A stretch of DNA of 64,000 nucleotides. Source: a virus. Where the stretch lies: positions 63,704 through 127,703 of the IMG/VR virus record IMGVR_UViG_3300046318_000520; one strand, 5' to 3'. The translations under genes and the position numbers were made by a program. Positions 20,575-29,931 of the stretch are shown one piece after another; position 1 is the stretch's first letter, and each line of letters begins with the position of its first letter. The notes beneath the pieces were generated by a model. That model ran no database searches and had not been told where the DNA came from. It saw only the letters and a list, made by a program, of their open reading frames with translations.

Positions 20575-21678
20575 TTAGGCGTATTCAAAATGCTTGATTT
20601 TTTCCTGGTCAAGATCTTTAAGAGCTTCTTTTACCCAGCGTTCATCTACCGTGTTCTTGTAACACAGGATGTGTACAATAGCAGTGTCATCAGGGTTAAG
20701 TCTAAGTAACCTGCCTATACGCTGATTAGACTTTCTCTCATTACCATATGCATGCATGATTATTCCGGCCCGAAGATTGGGAATATTAATACCCTCGTTG
20801 AGCTGCATTACACAGGAGAGCTGAGTTATTTCATCTCTTTTAAACTTGTCAAGATTAATTTCTGAATCAGCATTACCTGAGTGATAGGAATCTTTACAGA
20901 TACGGTCTGCCTGGTCCTGCGTATTACAAAAGGCAATACACTTGTCCTCTATTTCTGATAATAGATTCTTAGTATAGTGTTCTTTGGTTCTGAAGTCCAT
21001 GATGACACGCATTCTCATGACAGATGATATCTGTTCTTCTTTTTTACTTTGTGCACGCATGATCCGGTCCGTCCAGTAGCCATAGCTTTTTTGCTCAGAT
21101 GTATAAAACGTACCGTTTTTTGTTTTAACAGGGAAGTTATTCTCTGAAGACAAAGAAAGATAGTGCACTATGATACGGTAGTCATTAAGGATCTGGTCAT
21201 CTACAGCATCGTCTGTTATATAGGTATATAGAACAGGACAATACCTGGAAACCATTTGACCTTTCTCACTTTGAGCATATCTGGGCGGAGTACCTGTGAG
21301 ACCCAGTATTCTTTCCTTATATTGCACAAGAAAAAGATTATGGGAATATAACAAACTATGACACTCGTCCAGTATGACAATGTCATAGTTAACGGGATCA
21401 AACTTATTCAAAGACAAATACGTAGTGAATTCTACGTTTTCTAAACTGATACCGAACTTTTCAGCATCTGATCTCCAGGAATCAAAGATGCTCAACTTAG
21501 GTGCTACGACTAATATCTTTAGCTTACCCATATTGAGATCCTGATAATGACTCATATACTTTAAACCAATAAGTGTTTTACCGACCCCCATGCTCACAGC
21601 CAAACCTGCTCTTTTGTATTTAAAAGCTACTTCTAAAGCCTCAGCTTGTATACTGTCTCTTGTATTTTTTTGTTTCAC
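20575..21678 (-). CDS. superfamily 2 DNA helicase
   Basis: MGVGKT, DECH, LTGTP, EGINIP, QRIGRLLR. Confidence 0.9.
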   Translation of the reverse strand: MKQKNTRDSIQAEALEVAFKYKRAGLAVSMGVGKTLIGLKYMSHYQDLNMGKLKILVVAPKLSIFDSWRSDAEKFGISLENVEFTTYLSLNKFDPVNYDIVILDECHSLLYSHNLFLVQYKERILGLTGTPPRYAQSEKGQMVSRYCPVLYTYITDDAVDDQILNDYRIIVHYLSLSSENNFPVKTKNGTFYTSEQKSYGYWTDRIMRAQSKKEEQISSVMRMRVIMDFRTKEHYTKNLLSEIEDKCIAFCNTQDQADRICKDSYHSGNADSEINLDKFKRDEITQLSCVMQLNEGINIPNLRAGIIMHAYGNERKSNQRIGRLLRLNPDDTAIVHILCYKNTVDERWVKEALKDLDQEKIKHFEYA

Positions 21679-22303
21679 ATAACTGTTTTTTAGTTATACA
21701 TTCTTGTTCTGGTCTTAATAGAAAATGATTTTTGTATCTACTAACAACTCTTTTTCCTTTAAGATTTATAGTACCGTTTACTACTGCTTGAGAATGGTTA
21801 AGCCCTGGATAAAGCTTTTCTAGTTTTTTACCAGCAGCTCTTTCAGACTCATATGTTCCTATACAGTTACAATTAATATCATAAATAACTACAGGTTTTT
21901 TCTTATCGTCATGAGTAGGATATTTAAGAAGTCCTAACAACTTTTGTTGTTTAAGCGTAGCTGAGGATTTTCTTCTAGACTCTTCAGAAGGAGTATTCCT
22001 AATAACCTCTAGCGTAATGTTGTATACTGGTTTTAAATTATTAATATACTCCTGCTCTTTTTGAGTCAGAAGTTTTACAGGAACTTCTTCAAGAATTAAA
22101 ACATCAAAATGGTCTTGACCATGCTTATTGTAGCTATTTTGGAGATACGGATTAGCATGAATACCACGTTGTAACTCTGATTGGTGGCGTTTTAATCTGT
22201 AATAAATATTCTTACTACTACCGATGTACTGCTTTTTGTTCTTGATATTAGTTATACAGTAAATACCACAGATTTTTAAGCCAAAAGATCTAGAAATGTT
22301 CAT
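21641..22303 (-). CDS. GIY-YIG homing endonuclease
   Basis: GIYCITN...YIGSS...R...H...E...YN; AT-rich; NUMOD-like C-terminus. Confidence 0.9.
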   Translation of the reverse strand: MNISRSFGLKICGIYCITNIKNKKQYIGSSKNIYYRLKRHQSELQRGIHANPYLQNSYNKHGQDHFDVLILEEVPVKLLTQKEQEYINNLKPVYNITLEVIRNTPSEESRRKSSATLKQQKLLGLLKYPTHDDKKKPVVIYDINCNCIGTYESERAAGKKLEKLYPGLNHSQAVVNGTINLKGKRVVSRYKNHFLLRPEQECITKKQLCETKKYKRQYTS

Positions 22304-22319
22304 AGGATTTAGGTTTAGT

Positions 22320-22445
22320 CTACAATATAATATACTTAAAATGTAGAACTTTTACAAATAAACCCATGGAAATTCCCAAACCGCAACGTTTATTATTAAA
22401 CGCTACGGTGAGAGCTTCCTGTTGGATCTCGTCTCTTTTAGACAT
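22320..22445 (-). pseudogene. stranded original 5' end of the SF2 helicase gene
   Basis: MSKRDEIQQEALTVAFNNKRCGLGISMG aligns with the helicase N-terminus RDSIQAEALEVAFKYKRAGLAVSMG. Confidence 0.8.
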
Positions 22446-22716
22446 ATTGTACGGTGTTTATACGAGCATGTAAGAATGCTGATACAATGATGTTTAAATA
22501 ACGAAGACAGGTTGTGTCAGCACGGTTAATAGCAGCATATAAATCATTATTACATACTGCTCGTACAAAATCCCCACCTGTCAACACACCATCTCTGTGC
22601 ATCATTACAGATCTGACAATATCAGTAAGATGTAATTCTGGTTCAACATGCCAATTGCTAATAATTTCTTTGGCTTTCTGCGTATATGCATCTCTAAGCT
22701 CATCGTAATTATCCAT
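22438..22716 (-). CDS. hypothetical protein
   Basis: GDFVRAVCNNDL..A..RAD motif typical of small phage proteins. Confidence 0.7.
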   Translation of the reverse strand: MDNYDELRDAYTQKAKEIISNWHVEPELHLTDIVRSVMMHRDGVLTGGDFVRAVCNNDLYAAINRADTTCLRYLNIIVSAFLHARINTVQYV

Positions 22717-23062
22717 TGTATAAAGATTTTAGAATTTCATCCCTTGATATAAAATCTACGTTTTGTTCCACCTCTTCCAGTGTAATAACACAGTCTACAG
22801 TTTCACCTTCTTCATCTACACCTACAATGAGCCCGTTACCTGCAAAAGGCTGGTGAGCTCCCTTATAAGTAAAGAAGTGATCACATGGTTTCAGAAGTCC
22901 TTCTTCATCAACCAGTATGCTATCCTGATCTGTAATATAATAAGCTGTTTCAACCATGTCTGCTTTTAAAGCATAATACCACTGATCCAGCATGTCTTTT
23001 TTATCATTGAGCTTTAGTTCTTTTACAGTTTTGTTAAATGCATCAATTAATATTGCTTTCAT
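22709..23062 (-). CDS. hypothetical protein (DUF3846-like)
   Basis: VDEEGLLK...FAGNGLIVGVD. Confidence 0.65.
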   Translation of the reverse strand: MKAILIDAFNKTVKELKLNDKKDMLDQWYYALKADMVETAYYITDQDSILVDEEGLLKPCDHFFTYKGAHQPFAGNGLIVGVDEEGETVDCVITLEEVEQNVDFISRDEILKSLYNG

Positions 23063-23067
23063 ACTTG

Positions 23068-23931
23068 TTAATTTAGTAGTTCTGAAATACCAGGCGTTTC
23101 TTGAGGTAGCATTTTAGCTTTACGGATATAACCATGCTTTTCAAAGCTGTCTATGTAGATCAATTTTCTTTCTGAATGACCTGTTCCACAAGCTTGTAAA
23201 CGCAGGTGTCCTTTGACTAAAAACCCTTCGGTTTTTATAATGGAAGTATACCAGCTGGAATCTATAATATGAACGTTTTGCTTATTCGGGTTTTTATACT
23301 GAACATTATTCACTTTACCGGTAGACTTACCCATTACAACCTTTAGTTCATGATCAGCATAGCTTCTGAACATTACCATCAAACCTGTACCATCACCCAT
23401 TTGTATCAAACTGTTTATTAAGTCATTACCCGCATCATCAAGAGATAGTCCTATAGGGCAATACATCTTATAAACATCTGTATAAGCACAGTCTTTATGC
23501 ATACCTATGTTCTTACGGGAGAAACCCAGGATATCTTCTACGAAAGATACAGTTGACATAGTGCGTTTCTCTTTGTCAATCTTATAAAACATAGCTACCT
23601 TGTTTCTTAAAATAATTCCAGTTGTATATTTTAAGTTTTTAAACATGTAGTCCGGATCTTTTTCAAAAGCTATCCGTAAAGATTCTTTTGACAGTTCTAC
23701 GGCCCTAATAAAACTTTCTGCGGGCATGGTTATGTTCTTTCTAAACTCATCCATGTTTTCTCTAAGAAAAGATTTGATTTCAGATGCTGACCAGACATAT
23801 TCAGGAGACATTTTCTGAGTTCCATCAGGTTCTGAAAACCCAACATAAGGTGTTGGTTTGTAATGAGTGAAATCCATTGGACCATTTAGTATACTGAGAA
23901 TAGGATACTTATCAATTTTATCTGACATCAT
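23068..23931 (-). CDS. hypothetical protein
   Basis: C-terminal VKGHLRLQACG...IYIDSFEK motif seen in many phage proteins. Confidence 0.7.
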   Translation of the reverse strand: MMSDKIDKYPILSILNGPMDFTHYKPTPYVGFSEPDGTQKMSPEYVWSASEIKSFLRENMDEFRKNITMPAESFIRAVELSKESLRIAFEKDPDYMFKNLKYTTGIILRNKVAMFYKIDKEKRTMSTVSFVEDILGFSRKNIGMHKDCAYTDVYKMYCPIGLSLDDAGNDLINSLIQMGDGTGLMVMFRSYADHELKVVMGKSTGKVNNVQYKNPNKQNVHIIDSSWYTSIIKTEGFLVKGHLRLQACGTGHSERKLIYIDSFEKHGYIRKAKMLPQETPGISELLN

Positions 23932-23936
23932 AAGAT

Positions 23937-24323
23937 TTAGTTTAAACGGTTCTCTGAATAACCAAGTTCTTTGGCTTCTGCAGGATTCATTTCAATCCAG
24001 CTGTGGCAAGACCGGCATACAGCCAACCATGAAGAGATCACATTGTGATTTTCTCCACGGCCAGCTTTATGGTGTATGTCAGTAGCTGCTAGGGTACAGT
24101 TTAATAAACGGGCCTGACAATGAGAGTGAAGTGCTAGAAACGCAACGCGTTTTTTGCTGTATTCATCCATAGTCTTTTGCATTTTGCTTGATACAGGGGC
24201 AATAGCTTTAGGCTTTTCTATTTTATACCAGCATTCCTTGCAGTATTTTTCTTTACCGTGACTCTTCCAGATCTGTTTGAGCTGCTTGCAACCATGGCAT
24301 GCTTTCAATTTGACTTGTATCAT
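23937..24323 (-). CDS. HNH-like Zn-binding protein
   Basis: CHGC...CKEC; DIHH...VCRSCH. Confidence 0.7.
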   Translation of the reverse strand: MIQVKLKACHGCKQLKQIWKSHGKEKYCKECWYKIEKPKAIAPVSSKMQKTMDEYSKKRVAFLALHSHCQARLLNCTLAATDIHHKAGRGENHNVISSWLAVCRSCHSWIEMNPAEAKELGYSENRLN

Positions 24324-24510
24324 AGTTAGTTTTCTTACGGATGATGACGCCGTCTTTGACGGATTTACCAAGAATACCCACCGGCTGACGGATGTAGGCA
24401 ATTTCTACTGGTCCATCAGAAAGTATCCTGTCAAGAAGTAAACGGTCTACTTCGTTTTCTGGAATAAGAACCAGCTGCGTAGTACCATTTGCTATAAACA
24501 CGTGTTCCAT
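24253..24510 (-). CDS. hypothetical protein
   Basis: 85-aa ORF. Confidence 0.6.
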   Translation of the reverse strand: MEHVFIANGTTQLVLIPENEVDRLLLDRILSDGPVEIAYIRQPVGILGKSVKDGVIIRKKTNYDTSQIESMPWLQAAQTDLEESR

Positions 24511-24511
24511 T

Positions 24512-25030
24512 TTATTGTGGTTTAATACCTAATTCAAAGAAGTTTTCCGGTAGAAGTCCTTCGTTGACAAGTTTGTGAGCAATATGAACTTGATTAATGC
24601 CAAGTTCTTTAAAAGATTGAGTGGACGATATTTTACCTTCTGGTTTCACAGTGGTAATAGCTTTAATAATTGGACTGTTAGGAAAAATAGTCAGTAGTAT
24701 ATTATCCAGTTTAGAATAAACCACTTCCGTTTTCCAACGATTAAGTGTTTCCTGGATCTGCTGGTGCTTTTCCTGGAGAGTAGAGCGTTTGGTCTTTGGC
24801 ATACGCTGTATTTCATCTTCTGTATAGAAGTTTAGACCATACACTGTCTTAGCATAGATTCTTTGCTGTATCTTATTGAACACTGGCCTGGATATTTCCT
24901 GATATCTGGGTTGTTGTTCAGCTTGATACGTTTCCTTGTACTCAAGGAATTGATAACGGTTGCTTTCTCTAAATGAGATTATAATACCTTCTGCTGTGGC
25001 ACAGACGGTTTTGTTTGGGTTGTATTTCAT
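24512..25030 (-). CDS. hypothetical protein
   Basis: 172-aa ORF. Confidence 0.7.
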   Translation of the reverse strand: MKYNPNKTVCATAEGIIISFRESNRYQFLEYKETYQAEQQPRYQEISRPVFNKIQQRIYAKTVYGLNFYTEDEIQRMPKTKRSTLQEKHQQIQETLNRWKTEVVYSKLDNILLTIFPNSPIIKAITTVKPEGKISSTQSFKELGINQVHIAHKLVNEGLLPENFFELGIKPQ

Positions 25031-25158
25031 AACCTTACAATTATTAGGTAAAAGGAATAAAAGTCTACAAATCTAATACAAGTTCTACATAAATAGAAGA
25101 GAGGATCTGGATTTTATCCAGATCCTCTCTAATATAATAATAAAAGTTCTCTAACTAA

Positions 25159-25626
25159 TTAGAGTTCAGCTCGGCTGGGTCTAAGCCTACCAATAGCTTT
25201 TTGTGCAGCCATAACTTCTTTAATCTCAGTGCTATTATTATGCGTAATGAGTTCATCATGTGCATTCTCATTGAGGGTATAAAAAGTCTGGCGGTAAATA
25301 GGCATATCATCTACCCGGCAAATAATACCTGTGCTACCTGCTATTTTCAGGTCACGGTCAGGATTTTCTGCATTAAAAGGCTCAAAAGATTCTCTGACAA
25401 CAATTTTACCAGCCAGCTCAAAGCCATCGTGATAATTTACTTCCAGCAGATCTTCTACTTTACCTTTAAGAAGAGCAAAACGCTTAGAAAGTCTAAGCCA
25501 GCCTTCATCATTAACCTGGGTTACAACTTGTTCAAGTCTTACGTAACCATACTCCGGATTGTTTTGTGATACGTTGATCACAGTACCTGCTTCATTAGCA
25601 ACTACTTTTACTTTACTGTTTTTCAT
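25159..25626 (-). CDS. hypothetical protein
   Basis: Likely start MKNSK; flanked by hairpins at 25097-25130 and 25657-25687. Confidence 0.7.
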   Translation of the reverse strand: MKNSKVKVVANEAGTVINVSQNNPEYGYVRLEQVVTQVNDEGWLRLSKRFALLKGKVEDLLEVNYHDGFELAGKIVVRESFEPFNAENPDRDLKIAGSTGIICRVDDMPIYRQTFYTLNENAHDELITHNNSTEIKEVMAAQKAIGRLRPSRAEL

Positions 25627-25711
25627 ACAGTGTGTTTGTTTAAATGTTAGGAAATAAAAAAAGCCCCTGGTTAAATAACCAAGGGCTATGCGCGTTAAAA
25701 AAGTAGATCTT

Positions 25712-25960
25712 TCAATCCTTTTCAGGATCAAAGTCTATATCGGAGTCCGTAGATTTGTCGTCATCATATGATTCTGTGAGATCAGGGCGGATACTGCTTT
25801 CAGAAGGAGGTTGTTTGAGTAGTACTGAACCAAACCAGGGATTTTCTAAAACTTCCCCATAGTTATAGGCAATGAGGTACTCAAGTTCTTCATCTGTCAT
25901 TTCAATATACTGCTCTGTACTGATCTCAATCACCTTTCCATTTGGTAATTGGTAGAGCAT
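25712..25960 (-). CDS. acidic hypothetical protein
   Basis: 82-aa ORF. Confidence 0.65.
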   Translation of the reverse strand: MLYQLPNGKVIEISTEQYIEMTDEELEYLIAYNYGEVLENPWFGSVLLKQPPSESSIRPDLTESYDDDKSTDSDIDFDPEKD

Positions 25961-26038
25961 AAGGTTAGCATTTACTATAAAGCTAACATCTACAATCAGT
26001 TCTACAAAATATTGAAAACTAAAGTGCGGACTATAGAG

Positions 26039-26224
26039 CTATAACTTTTTAGACTCAGGACCAAAACGCTGTAAATTGGCAAATTTCTTCTTCCAATACG
26101 CGTTTGTCTTATTGATGTCTTCTTGTCTTTTCAGTAGCTTTTCTTTAAGCTCTGAGTTTTCTTTCTCCAGTTCTTGTATACGTTTTGAATATTTGGGTAC
26201 GAGGCTGAATAATTTGTCAAGCAT
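26039..26224 (-). CDS. small coiled-coil protein
   Basis: 61-aa ORF. Confidence 0.55.
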   Translation of the reverse strand: MLDKLFSLVPKYSKRIQELEKENSELKEKLLKRQEDINKTNAYWKKKFANLQRFGPESKKL

Positions 26225-26226
26225 AA

Positions 26227-26655
26227 TTAAAATGTGATCTCAACAAGTCCTCTTTTAATGTGTACTTTTTTGGCTTGTAAGATATTTACTTCCAGTTCAT
26301 TAATTCGGAAAACAAAACCTTCAGTTCCTAATACAGGACTAAGATCAGGTGCTTGTGCTACTGTTTTCTTAACAGATACACTTGACCTGGCTTGTTTTAC
26401 TGTTTCAGTAATTCTGTCTGTTGCTGCACGCATTTCACTAAGATTCATTGCAGGTGCTGTAGTCTTTCTTGATTTAGTCCTGCTTCTTCTTTTGCGGGCA
26501 AGAATACCTGCGTCTACTAATTTAGCCCTGATGGCGTTAACCCTACCTAGGGTAGTTTCTGTTAATGCTGCTGTTTCTTTAACAGTAATTCCTGACAGCA
26601 ATAGATCTGTTAAATCTTTCTTTTTCTCTTGTGAGAGTTTTGAAATCCGACTCAT
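26227..26655 (-). CDS. HTH DNA-binding protein
   Basis: GITVKETAALTETTLGRVNAIR; C-terminus paralogous to 26736-27083. Confidence 0.65.
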   Translation of the reverse strand: MSRISKLSQEKKKDLTDLLLSGITVKETAALTETTLGRVNAIRAKLVDAGILARKRRSRTKSRKTTAPAMNLSEMRAATDRITETVKQARSSVSVKKTVAQAPDLSPVLGTEGFVFRINELEVNILQAKKVHIKRGLVEITF

Positions 26656-26735
26656 AAACGAACTGTTTATTGGTTTGAGGTAATAAAAAAAGGGTACCCG
26701 TTGGGATACCCTTTCATGAAAATTTAGCTAAGCTC

Positions 26736-27083
26736 TTAAAAATTAATTTCTATCTTATCTTTTCCTATCGTGACATTCTTGGCCTGATCAGATATCTGTA
26801 CAGATATTCCGTTCACTACAAACTTAAATCCATCCTGTTGTGCTAAAGAGTTTACCGATTGAACAGTGTTGTTAATGTTGCTTATAGGTTCTACTGAACC
26901 AGTGGGACGTTTTCCTCTTACAGAAGGAAACTTTAGTCCCTGGCTTTTAAACCGGTTCTTGTAATTATGTACACTGGAAATAGCCATTCCAAATGCTTTT
27001 GCAATGTCTTCTGGTGCTGTACCTTTTGCAACCATTGTCTTCATTTGCTGTATTTCTGCAGCTGTAAGACGTTTGTTAGCCAT
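26736..27083 (-). CDS. HTH DNA-binding protein
   Basis: GTAPEDIAKAFGMAISSVHNYK. Confidence 0.75.
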   Translation of the reverse strand: MANKRLTAAEIQQMKTMVAKGTAPEDIAKAFGMAISSVHNYKNRFKSQGLKFPSVRGKRPTGSVEPISNINNTVQSVNSLAQQDGFKFVVNGISVQISDQAKNVTIGKDKIEINF

Positions 27084-27172
27084 ACGTTTTATTTGTTTTA
27101 CAATATTACAATTTTTCACATAAAATTTGGATTTTACTATATTTACATATACAATTTCTATTAACAATGCCT

Positions 27173-27268
27173 TGTAACTGATTGATTATCAAAGCGTTTA
27201 TCTGCCTTACAAGCAGAGGGTCGGCGGTTCAAACCCGTCAACTCCCACCTGATAATCAAGTAGTTACA
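27173..27268 (+). mobile_element. probable attP: 3' half of tRNA-Val(TAC) flanked by 19-bp inverted repeats with IHF-consensus sites
   Basis: 27200-27249 has anticodon arm TCTGC-CTTACAA-GCAGA, T arm and acceptor 3' strand but no 5' half; adjacent to the integrase. Confidence 0.85.
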
Positions 27269-27288
27269 CGGTTTACTTAAACTAAAAG

Positions 27289-28164
27289 TTGACCATGTTT
27301 CTTACGAAATCCTTAGATTACGCTTTTGACAAGCTAAATGTGGAGCCACATACCAAAGAGTGTGTGGCTTCTTCATTGAAATACATTCAACTGGCCATAC
27401 GCAAGCTTGCATTCAATCAAATAGAAACCAGTAAGATCACCAGAAAGCATATCAGACTAATCATGGACCAGTGTGAGCAGGATCGTAAGCTCTCACCACG
27501 CAACTGGAATGCATACAGGACGTACCTGGTTATGCTCTTTGAACAGTTGGTAGAATATGAGCTAGTGGATGATAATCCTGTCATACAGCTTAAAAAACGC
27601 CAGGAAGATGATGTGATCAGAAAAGTGCTCACTTTAGAGCAGCGTAATCTGCTAATTAACCACCTTACTGAGACAGATCCTGTGTTTTTACGCTTTATCA
27701 AGATATTCTTTCATTCCGGTGCCAGACGTACTGAACTCTTTAGTCTGCGTATAGAAAACATATACCTGGAAAAAGGATCCTACCAGGTTTTCGTCAAAAA
27801 AGGACGAAAGAAACGCTGGGTTACCAAAGTCATAAAAGACATTGCCCTTCCTTTATGGAGGGAGCAGATCAGTGATCACTTGACCGGATATATATTTTCT
27901 ACAGGATTGTTACCAGGTCCAAATCAGATTAGACCTGAACAGGCAACACGCAGGTGGAAAAGACATGTTAAAGATAAATTGAACATAAAAGCAGATTTGT
28001 ATTCCTTAAAACATCTGAACACAGATGAAGTGTCTGCAGAGCTGTCTTTGGCAGAAGCAGCACGGCTTAATAGTCACTCTATACAGATGGCTAGAAAACA
28101 TTATGCTATAAATGAGTCAACAAGGGAACTGGAACGGTTAAAAAAGATCTCAAACCACTTTTAA
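27289..28164 (+). CDS. int: tyrosine integrase/recombinase
   Basis: SGARRTEL (R), K, LYSLKH, NSHS and HY catalytic positions; SAM-like core-binding N-terminus. Confidence 0.88.
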   Translation: MTMFLTKSLDYAFDKLNVEPHTKECVASSLKYIQLAIRKLAFNQIETSKITRKHIRLIMDQCEQDRKLSPRNWNAYRTYLVMLFEQLVEYELVDDNPVIQLKKRQEDDVIRKVLTLEQRNLLINHLTETDPVFLRFIKIFFHSGARRTELFSLRIENIYLEKGSYQVFVKKGRKKRWVTKVIKDIALPLWREQISDHLTGYIFSTGLLPGPNQIRPEQATRRWKRHVKDKLNIKADLYSLKHLNTDEVSAELSLAEAARLNSHSIQMARKHYAINESTRELERLKKISNHF

Positions 28165-28712
28165 GAAGTCTTTTCTTCTATAAAGCTTTTCAGCAGGTCT
28201 GTGAATCTTCCTGTAGCTTCTGACATAGACTGCATGTCAGGTAGTAATGTCAATGAAACGTTATCTATAAAATTACCGTCTTCATCAACTTTATGACCAT
28301 TACGGATCATTTCGTAGATATTGCACTCTTTTTTAATAATGCTTTCTATATGCACTATTACCACTTCCTTTTTTATAGGAAGGTCTTTCCAGTTTTCATC
28401 TATCTCTTTACCTTTTTCTCCAGTGCGCAACCAGGCTTCAGAAGCCCAGGCTACTGCAAAAACGGTAAACTTTTCTTTTACCTTTTTTGAAATCTGTGGG
28501 AGCATTGTTGTAACAAAAGATTCTTTTCCTTCTTCTGTAAGCAAGCTGTCCGGAATAGGTACATGAATAATAGCCTGGGTTTTTTCTTCATCTTTGTTTG
28601 TTGCAAAGATGGTAAAATGGGGAGGCAGTCCTCCTGCATCACTGGTGCCCTGAACAATCATCTCAAGATAATCAGCTTTAAGCTGTTCAAACTTTTCCAT
28701 TGTAATGTCCAT
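28161..28712 (-). CDS. hypothetical protein
   Basis: 183-aa ORF with SEAW motif. Confidence 0.7.
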   Translation of the reverse strand: MDITMEKFEQLKADYLEMIVQGTSDAGGLPPHFTIFATNKDEEKTQAIIHVPIPDSLLTEEGKESFVTTMLPQISKKVKEKFTVFAVAWASEAWLRTGEKGKEIDENWKDLPIKKEVVIVHIESIIKKECNIYEMIRNGHKVDEDGNFIDNVSLTLLPDMQSMSEATGRFTDLLKSFIEEKTS

Positions 28713-28721
28713 ATAAGGGTT

Positions 28722-29573
28722 TTAAAAGATATACCGGATACCAGCCGGATCAAAGAATTCTGCATACAGTTTGGTAAAGTCCTGTATCATTTGACGTTTA
28801 AGCTGCCATTGGTAACGGATATTATCTGGTGCATACTGGCTGTCTTTCATTTCCTGTATGTCTGGTCTCCAGATTAATGATCTCACCTCATCTGAGTTAC
28901 GAGCATGTTGATGTACATTATGTGTGAGGAATATACACTCACACTTGACATTTATACCAGCTTCCCAGATTTCCTTAAAAAGTTTGTGATACTCAACTAA
29001 CCACCCGTCATGATAAATGATAGGAGAGAAGTTGATGTGCACTTCCATGTGATTCTGTAGCCTAGTAATACTAGCTATACGATCTGAGATTTTATCTGTA
29101 CCTGGTTCTAATACATCAGAATATATCTGAGGCATCAGGCTTACCCTGACTCTGTGTTTGACCGGGTCCATATTGTACCAATAAGGTAACAACATTGTAG
29201 GATACTTGGTAGCAAACGTGCTTTTAGCCTTGGGCTCTACATTGAAATAGTCAAAGACTATTTGCCAATCATAATGCTTACGCATAAGAGCTACGTCAGT
29301 GCTGCATCCAATATCAATAGTGTAATATTCAGAATCTACTTGATTAGGAATCTTCGGCCAGGGTTGTTTTTGTACCCATTGATCTACAGATGCTATAATG
29401 GGTAAGAAGTTTTCATTGACATACACTTTGTCATGATTATATCTACCTACATAGCAGTAGGAGGACATACATCCTCCTAAACAGCCATATATAAAGTTTG
29501 GACTGATAGCATCAGAGCTACGTCCATTGTCTCTTGTAATAAGAGTTTTAGTTTTTTGCTTGATGATCTGCAT
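28722..29573 (-). CDS. spore photoproduct lyase-like radical SAM protein
   Basis: GCLGGCMSSYCYV Cys cluster; ATKY, RVSLMP, EVHINFSPII, ECIFLTH. Confidence 0.8.
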   Translation of the reverse strand: MQIIKQKTKTLITRDNGRSSDAISPNFIYGCLGGCMSSYCYVGRYNHDKVYVNENFLPIIASVDQWVQKQPWPKIPNQVDSEYYTIDIGCSTDVALMRKHYDWQIVFDYFNVEPKAKSTFATKYPTMLLPYWYNMDPVKHRVRVSLMPQIYSDVLEPGTDKISDRIASITRLQNHMEVHINFSPIIYHDGWLVEYHKLFKEIWEAGINVKCECIFLTHNVHQHARNSDEVRSLIWRPDIQEMKDSQYAPDNIRYQWQLKRQMIQDFTKLYAEFFDPAGIRYIF

Positions 29574-29677
29574 TAGTTTTTTGTTTTACAAGTGGGACAG
29601 ATCGGTAGACTCTTTTTCTTTTTATAAAAAGTCTGTGTAAATAGCTTTCTACAGTTTTTGCATTTTATCCATTTCAT
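29573..29677 (-). CDS. 34-aa zinc-ribbon peptide
   Basis: MKWIKCKNC...ICPTCKTKN; TAATG-coupled to the next gene. Confidence 0.6.
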   Translation of the reverse strand: MKWIKCKNCRKLFTQTFYKKKKSLPICPTCKTKN

Positions 29678-29680
29678 AGG

Positions 29681-29845
29681 TCATTTTGTTTCTTCTTTTT
29701 CTGTCCTGTGAATATGTGTTGTTCTGATATTTGTCTGACTGATTACAGGTCTGTCAGACGTAATAATACGATAGGCTAAAGCAGCACCAGTAACTGTAAA
29801 AAAGATCATTAGGCCACCGCCTGTTAGAGAAAGAAATGTATCCAT
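29681..29845 (-). CDS. small membrane protein
   Basis: MDTFLSLTGGGLMIFFTVTGAALAYRII... Confidence 0.5.
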   Translation of the reverse strand: MDTFLSLTGGGLMIFFTVTGAALAYRIITSDRPVISQTNIRTTHIHRTEKEETK

Positions 29846-29931
29846 GGTTTATGGTTTAATTGTTAAAGAAAGAAAAACCTCCAGTGTAGAAACACCGGAG
29901 GAAAATTTATAATAAACAATAAAAAACTAAG

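Noticed and set aside
21586-22361. Group I intron (upstream exon ends in U, insert ends in G)
   Set aside because: The insert is almost entirely promoter plus ORFs with no room for a catalytic core, and the duplicated N-terminus makes splicing unnecessary.
27200-27249. Functional tRNA-Val gene
   Set aside because: No 5' acceptor strand or D arm upstream; better explained as an attP core.
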